From: Lama guanicoe
Taxonomy: Eukaryota
Direction of reading: 5' to 3'
Assembly (NCBI GenBank): GCA_013239625.1
Contig: MU053881.1
Span: 7,277,957 to 7,341,956 of the forward strand
Length of the DNA stretch: 64,000 nucleotides
In this document: piece after piece, positions 39,111-50,734 of the stretch
Layout of the letters: every line of letters starts with the position of its first letter
Numbering within the stretch: the first letter of the stretch is position 1
The notes under the pieces: model-generated
Told to the model about the DNA's origin: nothing
The model's input: only the letters and a program-made list of their open reading frames with translations
Databases searched by the model: none
Translations under genes and position numbers: made by a program

Positions 39111-39139
39111 TCAGAGGCATCTGAGCATTCTCATTTTTC

Positions 39140-39780
39140 AGTTTTTCTTTTTTAAATAATGTTTCATTAAATAAATTATTCATGAATATATTCTTCTTGT
39201 AAAAAAATGTAAATATTAAGAATTAGGTTAAGACTTCCTTAGAACATCATTATTTACACTTCTGGTCCTTCCCCCAACTCCCACTCCCTAGATACAACCG
39301 GTTATTTTAGTTTATAAAAATAAAAATGTACATATGTATATATGTGTGTATATATGTATATACATGTGTGTGTGTGTATACATATCTGTGTAAAACATGT
39401 AGTATCATTTCGATTTGGCTTTTCATTTAAGTAAAACATCACACTGTGATGATAATCCTTCAAGATTTTCTTATATGTTTTACATATGTTTGTATCAGTA
39501 TAAACAACATAGTGTCATTTTGGTTTTTGCCTTTTTATAAAAGGGGACTGTACTGCATATATTGTTCTGTACCTAAATTTTTTTTCACTTGCCAGTATTT
39601 TTTGGAGCCCTTTTTATCTTATTACATATAGGGATCAGCATAATTATTTGTAGCTGTTTTATAGTATTCTCTATTATGGACATATTTGTTCATTTAGTCA
39701 TACTCCTATCAATGGACATTTTCCACTAGCATAAACAGTACAGAAATGAGCAACTTTCCAGTTGCATCCTTGTGCACCAC
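39140..39780 (-). mobile_element. Old L1ME 3' fragment with internal (TA/TG)n
   Basis: tagtattctctattatggacata...ctcctatcaatggacatt. Ends about 45 nt from the exon acceptor. Confidence 0.7.
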
Positions 39781-40374
39781 GGCTTTCATTTTAAATTAAT
39801 TAAAACCTTTGCAAATCAGGGTTAACTCTCTTGGTATTGCTGTCTCAGGAAATACCGGGAAAGTTCTGAAGTCTTACACAGCTTTGTTTCTGTAGTTCTC
39901 TTAAAATGGCAAATGTTGAAGGATCAAAAAAAAAAAAACCCACCCAAAATTTCAAGCCATCTCCACCTAGTGCTTCTAGAGCTGAGATAGAAATCATGTA
40001 TACCAATTTCATCTTAACTGAGTACAACAAATAGGTGTTGAACATCTTTGATGTGGAAGGCACTGTATTTCTAGAGGTACAGAGACAATATATGGTTCTC
40101 ACCCACGAGACACTTAATATCTGACAGGTGATCAGCAACAAAATAAACAGCAATGGCAGAGACAGAATAAGGTAACGGGGAAGAAGCAGGCACCGTCTCT
40201 CGTTCTGCCAGCCCACCAGCTACACCTTCTTCTGGCACAGCACCGTGGGGAGCCACCCTGCTATGGGACGTGATCCTAGGGACACTGTTTGAAGGCTCCC
40301 TGCCCTCCTCTGGACAAGGGCTGGGTACTGACCCTAATTAGGATAACGTCTAGATCTGAAACTTGAGGGAATTT

Positions 40375-40590
40375 TAATAACAGTAATTGCAGACACTGCT
40401 AACATATTGAGTGCTTACAAGATGCCAGACACTGTTTCAAGGGTCTTGCATGAACTACCTCAGCCAATCTTCCCAATGACTCTCTAAGAGGTAGACACTG
40501 TTATTTCCCCCATTTTGCTGATGAGGAGACAGAGGGACACGACCAAGTGTACACAGCCAGTAAGTGGTGGGTCCAGTCTGACCGCAGAGC
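40375..40590 (-). mobile_element. MIR SINE
   Basis: gctaacatattgagtgcttacaagatgccagacactg...ccccattttgctgatgaggagacagagg. Confidence 0.85.
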
Positions 40591-40599
40591 TCATCTGCC

Positions 40600-40800
40600 T
40601 GCCCAGACGTGCCCTGTGCAGGCTCCCCATGGGTGGCTGCTGCCTCCTCGCCCAGGGCTATGCTGAGTCTCCCTGAAGCCCAGTTCCCCAGCCTTTCCTC
40701 TGATTCTTGAACTACTCCCTATCTTCCAAATACATTTATTTTTACTTAAATTTACCAGAATAGGTTTCTGTTGCTCACAACCAGACAATCCCAACTGGTA
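40600..40800 (+). mobile_element. MaLR LTR 3' fragment (MLT1 family)
   Basis: ttacttaaatttaccagaataggtttctgttgctcacaacca is the typical MLT1 end. Confidence 0.75.
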
Positions 40801-42809
40801 GAGTCACAAAATGCCATGAGGGCTTCAGAAGGGAGAAATGACCTATGGTTGGAAGATTCATGGAAGACTTTGGAGGCTCTGACAGAATTGTGCCCCTTCT
40901 CTTGGAGCACCAATGTCAGTTTGTAATTAAATTCTAATTAGTGTAATTAATTCATGTCCATTCATCCAACCCAAGTATAAACTTCATGACAGCCAGCCTA
41001 AATCTCACAGTCCATGGATCCTGATAGCAACTCAGTAAATCTTGGTGGAATGAATAGAAGAGCTGTTATTTGAGATGGTCACTGATGAGAAAATAATAAC
41101 ACCATAGGGAGAGTGGGGATTTAGAGAGCCGAAAGTGATTTAGAGTACACGGACCTGGGTAAATAGAATCGTCTCTTGGAAGTAGAATAATGGGAGATAA
41201 CACTGAAAAGGAAAATTCTTTAAATGTAGTGGGAGATGTCCGGTTATGGTTCTATGGAAACACCAAATTACAGGCAAATTATAGAAATTTTGATTCATCT
41301 TTGGTTAACATTATAGATCAAATCATAGGTCACAGGTTAATGGTACTTTATTTGGACTCAAGAAACGGTTGGCCTAAGGACTTTTGAGCATTACAAGGTA
41401 CTGAGTTAGCCATTATTATTTGTTTAAAGAGATAAGAAAAAAAGACTAGATAATATTTACATACCAATTATCATAACATTTCAGTTAAATCTATATTTAT
41501 TCCATCTCTTGTCACCAAAAAGTTTAATTTTTATCCCAGATCTATTGACTAAAAGGAGGAAAGAAATCTGCTTCAATGTTCATTCAGAAGTTTGTTTTAA
41601 AAGTTATCTTCTAAGACATGTTAACTTGTAACTTTGAAACTTTTCATTTTGTTAGAGAAAATTGTATGTGTAAAGAATGCTTGTTGTAGAAAAATTAGGT
41701 GACTTCATTTGAAGTTGTGAACTCTGTCATTGGGAGATGAATGGCCTCACCGACTTCATGAAATTTAACTTCTTAATTCTACCTTCACTGATGTCATTAT
41801 AATTACACCCAACCAGAAGGTAAGAATTGTGCATTCTCTTATTAAGTTAGGTTAAAGGTTATAAAGTCTTTCTCTTTGAAAAATTAATTTTGCTAGTAAA
41901 GTAAAAAGAGATTTTTAATAAAGTAAATTTAAAACACAACAAAAATCTTATTCCTCCATAGTTCTCTGGGTAAAGGGAGTCACCAAAAGCTGTGTTATAA
42001 GGAGATTTGTGTCATTGTAGCATACTGGGTAGCTGGGGGAGGAAAAGTCCAAAGGGCAGAGATCAGTGACTATGCTACTGCAATAGTCCAGGTGCTAACA
42101 AATGAGAATAAAGTGCTGGACTCCACCCCCTAGACTTCTAGCCTCTGATATAACATTCTTGTCTTCTGTTGAAGCTAAAGATTTGATAAGACCTTGCAGG
42201 AAGATGGTCTTGAGTTTAAGGCATAAGACAATGTTTTCAATCCTAAAATAACAGCCTTTTGTGATCCCAGATTAAAAATCATTTTAAACTCTCTCCATCC
42301 ACAAATGGGATCACTAGGACCTGTAGAGAGGAGGTCTGTAAAGGTAAGACAAGGGGTTCATCCACTGTGGCAGTTAATTAGCTCATCCATTCATTTAGGC
42401 AGTCAGGCTACATTTTTTGAAGGCTCCCTAAGTGCCAGTCACTATTCTGGGATGGGAGGGAATGGCCAGGGCTTACCTGTCTGTAAGCCATCACAGCAAT
42501 AGAGCCAACAGAGATAAGAGGCTGACTTAAGCAGACAAGAAAAAAAATCTAGTGTCTTTACCTCCTAGGAGCGGCAACCTAGTAATGGCCATAAAATAGA
42601 GCTGCAGGACAGCAAAGGTCAGGTTTTTTCCTTAAAAGTTCATTCTGTTGATATTCTAGTTGAGATACCTCAGTTAGGTACCATTACAAAGATATGAACC
42701 CAAGTGGAAAAGACCAGTTGGGAGATTTTCGATGTTAATGAAGACGTCCTTGAGAAGTCACCAGTCTTTACACTCTTCTTAAAGTTGAGCAAAATTAGTA
42801 GATTCTCGT

Positions 42810-42960
42810 GGAAAGGTCTGGTAGTGAGCTCTCCATCTGTAGAAATATTTAAGCAGTAGGCAGCTGCCTCTGGGCAGGGATGGTGAGGAGGTATTCAAAG
42901 TATCAGATGAAGGGTTAAACGGAATGACTGTGAAGTCCCCACCTAAAGTTCTGTGATTCC
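42810..42960 (+). mobile_element. L3/CR1 3' end
   Basis: gtagtgagctctccatctgtagaaatatttaagcag...gaagtcccc...ttctgtgattc. Confidence 0.7.
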
Positions 42961-44254
42961 ATAAAATACAGGTTCAGAGGAAGTGGCAGGGGGATGTATC
43001 TATTGGTAAGCGGACACCTTTGCATTGGTTTACAAACCACTGAGGTCGTGGGAGCGGCAGACCGGGGCACAGCAGAAGTAGTGGTTTATCAATCTGAACA
43101 TCACCTACTTTACAGATGATCAAAACCAGCATCCCCACAAGACGAAGATTCTTGGTGCTGAGAGTCAGCAAGATTTGAGCTGAGGAAGCCATTAATAACG
43201 TGGCCTGTTTTTCAGAAAGTATTTTGTCTTCTCGTTAACCATGGTTTCTCAGAAACGGCTGGCTCTTCTGTTTGGGGATGAGATAATTTTTCTCATTTGT
43301 AATTGGAATTGTGAAATTACATTAGTCTGTAAAGCTTCAGGAAGCAGCATTTCTAAATTGTGGCTTGATTGTCAAGCAAACAAACACAAATGGTTTAAAA
43401 GATAAATATTGCAGAGCCTTAAATCAATCCTTATAGGTAGAGGCAATGAACATCAGAGACCTGCAAACCCAGCCCGGGAAACTGAGCTCGCCAAAGGCTG
43501 GGAGATCTGCCATCAGGTGACAAGTCCAAATTATAATTCAGACCAAGCGCTTAGGAACCCGCAGAGCGACTCAACTCTCTATTTTCACAGAGAGGAGGTA
43601 TTTCTGTTGTTTTCCTTTTTTGTCAAAGTGATTGCAGAGAGGAAAATGCAGTGTTTCTGAGCTCTGGATTCTTCCTCCTCAGAGAAAGTTTCGTCCTACG
43701 GAAGGAAGTACTACTGCCTGAATTCATAGCTCTCTTGAAGTGTGATACGTTTTTGCAAGAGTTTCATGACTCAGGGACACTTCCAATAAGATGGTCCTTG
43801 TCTTCATCTCCTTCTCCCCCGTATCAGCCCCCTACTTGTCCGCTTTGGAAAACCCTCTTGAGGCGCATCAGGCCACAGATACACCTGTGATCGCAGCCAC
43901 AACCACAGCCCCAGAGGAAAACCCTATTAAGAACCACATTGGAACTTGCCTTCTTCCCCACGAGCTGCACCTTCTCCTGTGCTCACTCTGAACGAAGACA
44001 TCCCCAGTCACAGTCACTCACTCAGACTTGACTTCTTCCTCTCTGTATCCCCAATATTCGCTCCATCAGGAAATCAAATCCATCCTACCCCTAAGCCAAC
44101 TTCCTGCATCCCCTGTTCCAAGTCTCCCAAATGGATCCATCTCCCACTTCCAGTCTCAGCAGCAGGAATTTCCCAAAACTCAAATCTGACCCCGGGACTC
44201 CCCTCCTCGAAGTGTTTCCTATGGCCCTCAGGGCGATTTTTATAACTGCTTTGG

Positions 44255-44833
44255 TCCACAAATGATAAATGCTGGAGAGGATGTGGAGAACAGGGAACCC
44301 TCCCACGCTGTTGGTGGGGATGCAGTTCGGTGCAGCCACTATGGAAAGCAGTATGGAGATTTCTCAAAAAACTAAGAACACACTTACTCACTCCTGGACA
44401 TATATCCAGGGGGGAACTCTAATTCAAAAAGATACCTGCACCTCAGTGTTCATAACAGCACCATATACAATAGTCAAGACATGGAAACAACCTAAATGTC
44501 CATAGACAAATGACTGGATAAAGAAGCCGTAGTATAGTTATCAATGGAATACTGAAGGGGGTGGGAAGGGACAAATTGGGAGTTAGAGATTTGCAGATAC
44601 TAACTACGATACATAAAATAGATAAACAAGTTTCTTCTGTATAGCACAGGGAACTATATTCAATATCTTGTAGTAACCTATAATGAAAAAGAATATGAAA
44701 ATGAATATATTTATGTGTGTGTGTATACATATATATTATATATATATGTATACACACATTGAAACATCGTGTTGTACACCAGACATTGACACAACATTGT
44801 AAACTGACCATACTTCATTTATAAAAAAAAGAT
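44255..44833 (+). mobile_element. 5'-truncated lineage-specific L1 (cetartiodactyl-type 3'UTR) inserted in an L2
   Basis: aaatgctggagaggatgtggagaacagggaaccc (ORF2 end); ctgtatagcacagggaactatattcaatatcttgtagtaacctataatgaaaaagaatat (3'UTR); poly-A tail; TSD tataa(c/a)tgctttgg at 44241-44254 and 44834-44847. Confidence 0.92.
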
Positions 44834-46964
44834 TATAAATGCTTTGGCACAGCTGAAGTCCCTTTGTGGGCAGACCCTTCCTTACTTCTCTACCCTCCAT
44901 CTCCCACATCCCTCACCATGGCCTCCCTTTCTCTTGGTTCTAAGTTCTTGCACATTATCTTCTTTGCCTATAATGTACTTATCCCACCCATCTTCACGAG
45001 ACTAACTGCTCCCTGCCTTCTAGGTCTTACCTTAGATGCCAAATCCCCTAAGACAACATTCCTGACACCCCAACTCTGACTTGGGTGATCCTGTTCCATG
45101 CTCCTGTAGCACCCAGACTAGAATTCCACCTTTCCATTTTTCACACGATGTGGCCATTGTCTACGTAACAGGACAACCAGTGAGATTCTTGTGGTCATCC
45201 CAGAAATAAAGCTGAGGCCCAAAGCTGAGCACCAGTGGTGCAACTACCCCACATTCCAAATTCAAATCGTCTTTCATCATCCCTCATGGTTTTTTAAGGG
45301 GTACCAGTTCAGTATCAGCCCTTCATCAATCTGCACACACCTCATCCTGGAACTGAGGGAGGGACTGCAGAGGCCTCTGGATATAAAGCAACGCCCACAC
45401 AAAGAAGCAACTGCCTCTCTTCCCCGAAGCTGAGGTGGAGGGAGGGAGGGAGGGTCAAAAGAATCACTCATGAAACATGAAGAAGAGACAGCACCTTACA
45501 TCCCCACTAGGGAAATGGTTGCTGATCTTCCATCCCAGGCTTGGCTTCAGCAGCAGAATGGAGAGACTTGAGAACACTCAGGAGCCCCTCTCTTACTCTG
45601 GGGAGAAAGGTTAAACACACAAGGTGTCTGTGTCCGGGCCTCAGTCACGCCCTCGGTGTGGTTACCCCGTTTCTAAGCCTGCCCGTGGCAGCCTTCACTT
45701 GGAATTTCACCCCACTTACAGCCAGCCCCTTCCTTGGCCACCAGCATGGGTTAACGGACTCTTCAAGCCTGTTCAATTTCTCACAGGCTTTAAGGTGAAA
45801 CTTGTTCTGCTGTGGTCAAGTTCCTATTGACTGAAAGGCAAATTCAGCTCAGCTCGACCCTCCTGGGGGACAGTGAGGAACTTGTGGTGGTCAAGCCTTG
45901 CTCTGCCCCCGATCCCGAGCCTTTCGGCAAGCAGGGAAGACCCCTGACTGAAATCCAACATTCTCCGTGGGCGAGGCTGAGCCGTGTAAGCCCAGGTGTA
46001 CATTGCTGCTTTCCTTCTGTTTGGTGGGGGGAGCACCAGCGGATGTCAGAGGCCAGCTGGCTCCATCAGCTAGACACGAAGGAGGACCGCCATACACGGC
46101 GCTAGTCTGACAGCAATTTGTTCTCACAGCCTCCTTCCTCTCACAACCTCCCTCCTCCAGCCAGCATGTCACAAAGAAAAGTAATTCCACCCACTGGGAA
46201 ATCAATAACTACCCACAAACTTCACATTCCAGGTCAAGTTACGAGCCTTTTACAACTCTACCAGCGTTGTTCCCCAACGCATTCTTCAAGCGGCAACCCA
46301 TGATTCACTGCCCTTACCTTCCCAGAAACAGGCCTAATTACAACATCCAGCATCATCATTCACTCCCCCTCCAGCCTGCCCACCGCCACGATGTGCATCT
46401 CCACTTTACGGACCCCCGAGGGCCAAAATATGTCTCCCTAGCTCAACAAATACAGCCTGGTTAGAGATTTCAGAACTCAGCAACGACGCAAATTCTCTTC
46501 AGGCACCTTGGGGGGGGGGTGAAAATATAATTACGCAGTAAATCCTAAAGAAGAAATGTACTTTCAGAACTTTATTCAAGATACCCACTTAAAGTCCAAG
46601 CCAAGCTATTGCTTCTGTCATATATCCTTTATATTTAACATAAAGCGTGGTAGGTAATGCACTAAACCTACCAGTGAAGAAGCTAATAAGATGGAGTTCG
46701 CCATTCAGAAGCACAGGGATGGAGGGAAGGGGAGATTGATGCGCCAGTGCTGGAATTTTTAAGATGATGTGAGTATGCTTATGTGCAGGAAAGTCACACT
46801 GATTACAAAAATAATTTGTAAGCTCTGACAGTCTTTGTGCATATATTCATATTCTTAAGCATATACATGTACATATACATATGAATACTTAACTGCAGCA
46901 GGCAGTGTTCACATGGATTTTATATTCTAGTGGAATATCAGAAACAATTTAAGAAGGTAATAAT

Positions 46965-47382
46965 TGTCTTAGGTTGGAGTCTCCAGAAGCAGACTCTGAG
47001 ATGAGGTTTGAGTGAAGGTGACTTACTTACTAGGAGGTGTTCCAGAAAGCACTGGAAAGGGGGAAGGGAAGGAGGCCAGGCAGGCTGCACGCACAGGCAC
47101 GTCTCACAGAAGAGGCGCTCTGGGGACAGTGCGGGCCACGGGGGCGGAGCAGCTGGAGTGTGTAGACCGTGGGGGTGGGCAGTCCCAGGCCCTTTGGGTG
47201 CTCTCAGTGTCCAGGCAGGGCTGGCCCCTGCAGCCTGGGGACAGCCGGAGAAGGCAGGGGCTGGCTGTTGGGAGCGAGAGTCCTCTTTGTGCACCAAAAA
47301 TGATCTCGGATTGCAGGAGACGTGGGCAGAGTCCGGACAGCTGGTGCTACAACAACCAACACCGACTGCTGTCTGCAAGACA
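46965..47382 (-). mobile_element. ERVL-class solo LTR (LTR16/LTR33-like)
   Basis: Starts tgtcttaggttggagtctccagaagcagactctgagatgaggtttgagtg and ends caccgactgctgtctgcaagaca. Confidence 0.7.
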
Positions 47383-47769
47383 ACTGACTGGGTGACCTGG
47401 GGAGACCGTTCCACGTGGGACAGGTAAGGAGGCCTCTCTGAGAGGGAGAACTTGAGCTGAGACCCGAGGGTCAGAAAACAGCCTACAAAGACCTCACGGA
47501 AAACCATTCCGAGCAGAGGAAATGGCATGGGAAGGCCCTGGGGTGGAAATCTGCTTAACATGTTGGAGGAACCCCATGGAAACGCATCCGGCCAGGTTAC
47601 AGGAAATGGGGAGCATCACTGTGAGATGACAAACTTGGAAAGTGGTAAGAAGTGTGAGTGCTGGGTGGAGATAAACATGTCTTCTTTTGTATTTTTACTA
47701 GAAGATAGGTATGAGCCCAGAGAAAAAGGCCGAAGAACACTGAGGAGGATTTTTGTAGAGGAGAAAAAG

Positions 47770-47985
47770 GGGTCTAATGTTTCTGAGCCCCCACTCTCTA
47801 CCAGGCATTCTCTCTATGAAGAAGTGTATCATTTGTACCTATTTTGTGGATGAGGAAACTGAAGCTCAGAGAGGCTCAGTAACTTGCCTAAGATCACACA
47901 GCTAGTAAGTGGCAGAGCTGGGATTTAAACCTAGGGAATGTGAGCCCAGAGCCCGTGTTCACATCTACTAAACTACTCTGTCTCC
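47770..47985 (-). mobile_element. MIR SINE (well preserved)
   Basis: gatgaggaaactgaagctcagagaggctcagtaacttgcctaagatcacacagctagtaagtggcagagctgggattt. Confidence 0.92.
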
Positions 47986-49229
47986 TTACTATAACCGTAA
48001 AGGAGAGAGAAGATGAAAACTTGATTAGTTTGTAGCAGGAGACACAAAGGAAAATGGACAGACTTGGGTTATAGTTTAGAGACAGAATCAGTGTCTGGCT
48101 GATGGCTTAGATGTGCTATATGTATGTGTGTGTGAGCATATGCATTTTGAACGCCTGAGTGAGAGAATAATAGAGTCATTTTAGGGTTTATCAAATTAGG
48201 ATCCAGTCATAAAGACCATTTCACTGCCCCAAGTAGCAAGAAAGACCCCCGGCCACATTTCTCCACCGGTGTGCAGCGGCTGTGGGGATGAGCCAGCATC
48301 ATGCCTTCCGGAAGCTATGAGGGCCTGATCACCGTGTCCTGACAGGTGCTTGCACTTCCGGTTACCCCTTCCCACTTCCCAAGATCACTTACGCTGCCAC
48401 CGCGGACCAGCCTCCTCCCTGCCAGCACACTCATTAAACCACAATCAGGCTCCACAGAAAGTGCTTTTAGGAAAATAAAGGTGCGGATATGGCCAATCAA
48501 GTCACAACCCAGAACTTGATTTCTTCCCTAATGCTTAGAGCGATTACACTCACGGTGCCACAACACAAGAGTGCGGCTCAGCCTGTTAGAAGACTGTCCC
48601 ACCCACCTCCTAACCCTGGCTAATGGGAAGAGAAGCAAATGAAAAGCTTGGGGCTGAACCGATTGGCCCCTACCCTGGATAATCCGGGCAGCCTTTAAGG
48701 GAGCTTCTCATCCAAGCAACGAGCTCCATTTCAAATTCATGCAAGAGGAGAAAACGAGTTAAGTCTTTTTGACTGCGAAGAGCTAGGTCTTAACATCCCT
48801 TGCCCCCATTTTGTTCCAATTCAGTGACATCTGGAATTCAAATCCATTTATAAGCACTTAGGGTACCTGTTAGAACAGTCAGTACCGCCCACACCCCTCC
48901 AGCCCTTATCACCCTTGACCCACCGCCTCTCTCCTGCACCACGCTGCACAGATCCTCTAACCCCTTCGTCCCAGCCCCCGTTTCCTCTGGAGGCTCACAC
49001 AGTTCCCCGGCTCCATGAATTTCAATCTTTACTTAACCATGACCCCTTTCAACTTTTACTCTCTCTGAGCCAATGTGTGGTCACATACTCAAATTTCTCA
49101 GCAGTGGGAGTCATTATAGCAGACGTATTTTAATAAAGGGTAGAAATCACTTGTCTAGAAACCCACTGAGAAGGAAAGTGAGTGGCGGTGTGGAGTATGG
49201 AGTGTGGGAGCCATGTAACATATGTGGAA

Positions 49230-49420
49230 CTCCTGCTGGGTTCCGGGGCACAATATTGGGAACTTAATCCTTACCAAAACCTGTTCTTATATGGCACTGT
49301 CCCCATTTTACAGATGAGAAAATAGGAGCTCCAAGCAGCTTGCCCAGCTTAGCTAGTGTGACCCCAGCAGAGGCAAGATTTCAACACAGACCACTGTCTG
49401 ACTCCCATGCGCAAGCACTA
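49230..49420 (-). mobile_element. MIR SINE
   Basis: ccccattttacagatgagaaaa...cagaggcaagatttcaacacag...gtctgactcc. Confidence 0.8.
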
Positions 49421-50406
49421 TTCCAACTTCACTTGTAGGCTCATGAGTGCAGGCAGTTATTCCCAACTCCCAGATTCTGCCAACTGGAGGCAGCCACCCG
49501 TTGAATCTGTCAGCCTCCTTGAGCTAGCTTTAAATAGAAAATTCAGGACTCTGGCTGGCTGGTTTGTTTCGTGTTTGGTTATTTTATATGTTTTAGTGAA
49601 GGGTACCGTACCAGCAGAATAAAACAAAGTCACAAGTCTAGAATCATAGAATTAAACAATCATGAACATTCATCAGCCCAGTGACTTTAGTCTGCCGTTC
49701 AGTCATTCACTTCTTTCGTTTTTTTAAATGCAACCAACCATTTATTCTACTCCAATTGGTTGAGCTTACCCATCTCATTAGAGTTGGCCAGGAAACAGCA
49801 GTCATGACCTTCCAACTGCTCACTCCCTGTTCCTCGAGAGACAGTGAGAGCCTGGGGTGAGACACCTCACCTCAACCTAGCCATGTCTCCTGCAGCTCCT
49901 AGCACAATGCCTGTCACACAGTAGGAGTCTAATAAGTGTTAGATGAATGAATGCGTGTTTGCTGATTTCAGAGAGGGAGACAGAGAGAGAGCCCTGTCTG
50001 CCTACCTGGAGGGCAGCTCTCAGAACCAGAAACCTATTCAGTATTGGGTTATCGCAGTATTCATTATCCTGTGCTGTCACTGAAGACGGCAGTGGCTGGG
50101 GGCTGGAGGAAAGGCATTCAGGGGGCAAAGTGTGTATGTGTCTCTTCACCTTCACCACTTCTCCTGAGCAGCCCATTCTTGCAACACCTTCCCCATCTTG
50201 GCTTTGCCTTATCCCAGAGGCAGGTGTGGAGGAGTGGGCAGAACTCTGCATGGAGGGTCAAGAGACTCCGGTCTGAATCCCAGACTTACTACCGCCAGGC
50301 TGCACGATGTTGGGGAATAGGTCATTCTACCTCCCCTCCTCCAAAAATGGGGATTAAAATGCCCATAAGAGGGTCCAAGTAGAACATACAAACTCAGCTG
50401 GGGTTA

Positions 50407-50734
50407 TAGGCATACCTCACAGATACAGCAGGTTTGGTTTCAGACCACCACGATAAAGCACAATATCACAAATGAAACAAGTCACGTGAGTTTTTTGGTT
50501 TCCCACTGCACACAGACGTTATGTTTACACTATCCTATAATCTATTAAGTGCACAATAGCATTACATCTAAAAAAAATACACATACCGTAATTTTAAAAT
50601 GCTTTATTGCTAAAAAAAAAAATGCTACCATCTGTCAACACAGGGTTGCCACAAACTTCTAATTTGTTTTAAAAAAAAAAAAGTACTATCCGTGAAATGC
50701 AATAAATGAGGCACGATGAAATGGGATACGCCTG
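50407..50734 (-). mobile_element. Internally deleted Tigger1 derivative (328 bp) with TA target duplication
   Basis: TA|taggcatacctc...cagaccac... and ...atgggatacgcctg|TA: both Tigger1 termini present, no transposase. Lies next to or within a MIR at 50220-50390. Confidence 0.9.

Noticed and set aside
44269..44505. 78-aa ORF ending ...VKTWKQPKCP
   Set aside because: Frameshifted remnant of the L1 ORF2 C-terminus, not a host gene.
46938..47561. Longest ORF (207 aa, minus) and overlapping 139 and 127 aa ORFs
   Set aside because: They lie in a GC-rich ERVL LTR and L2, are open in several frames simply for lack of stops, and show no recognisable domain.
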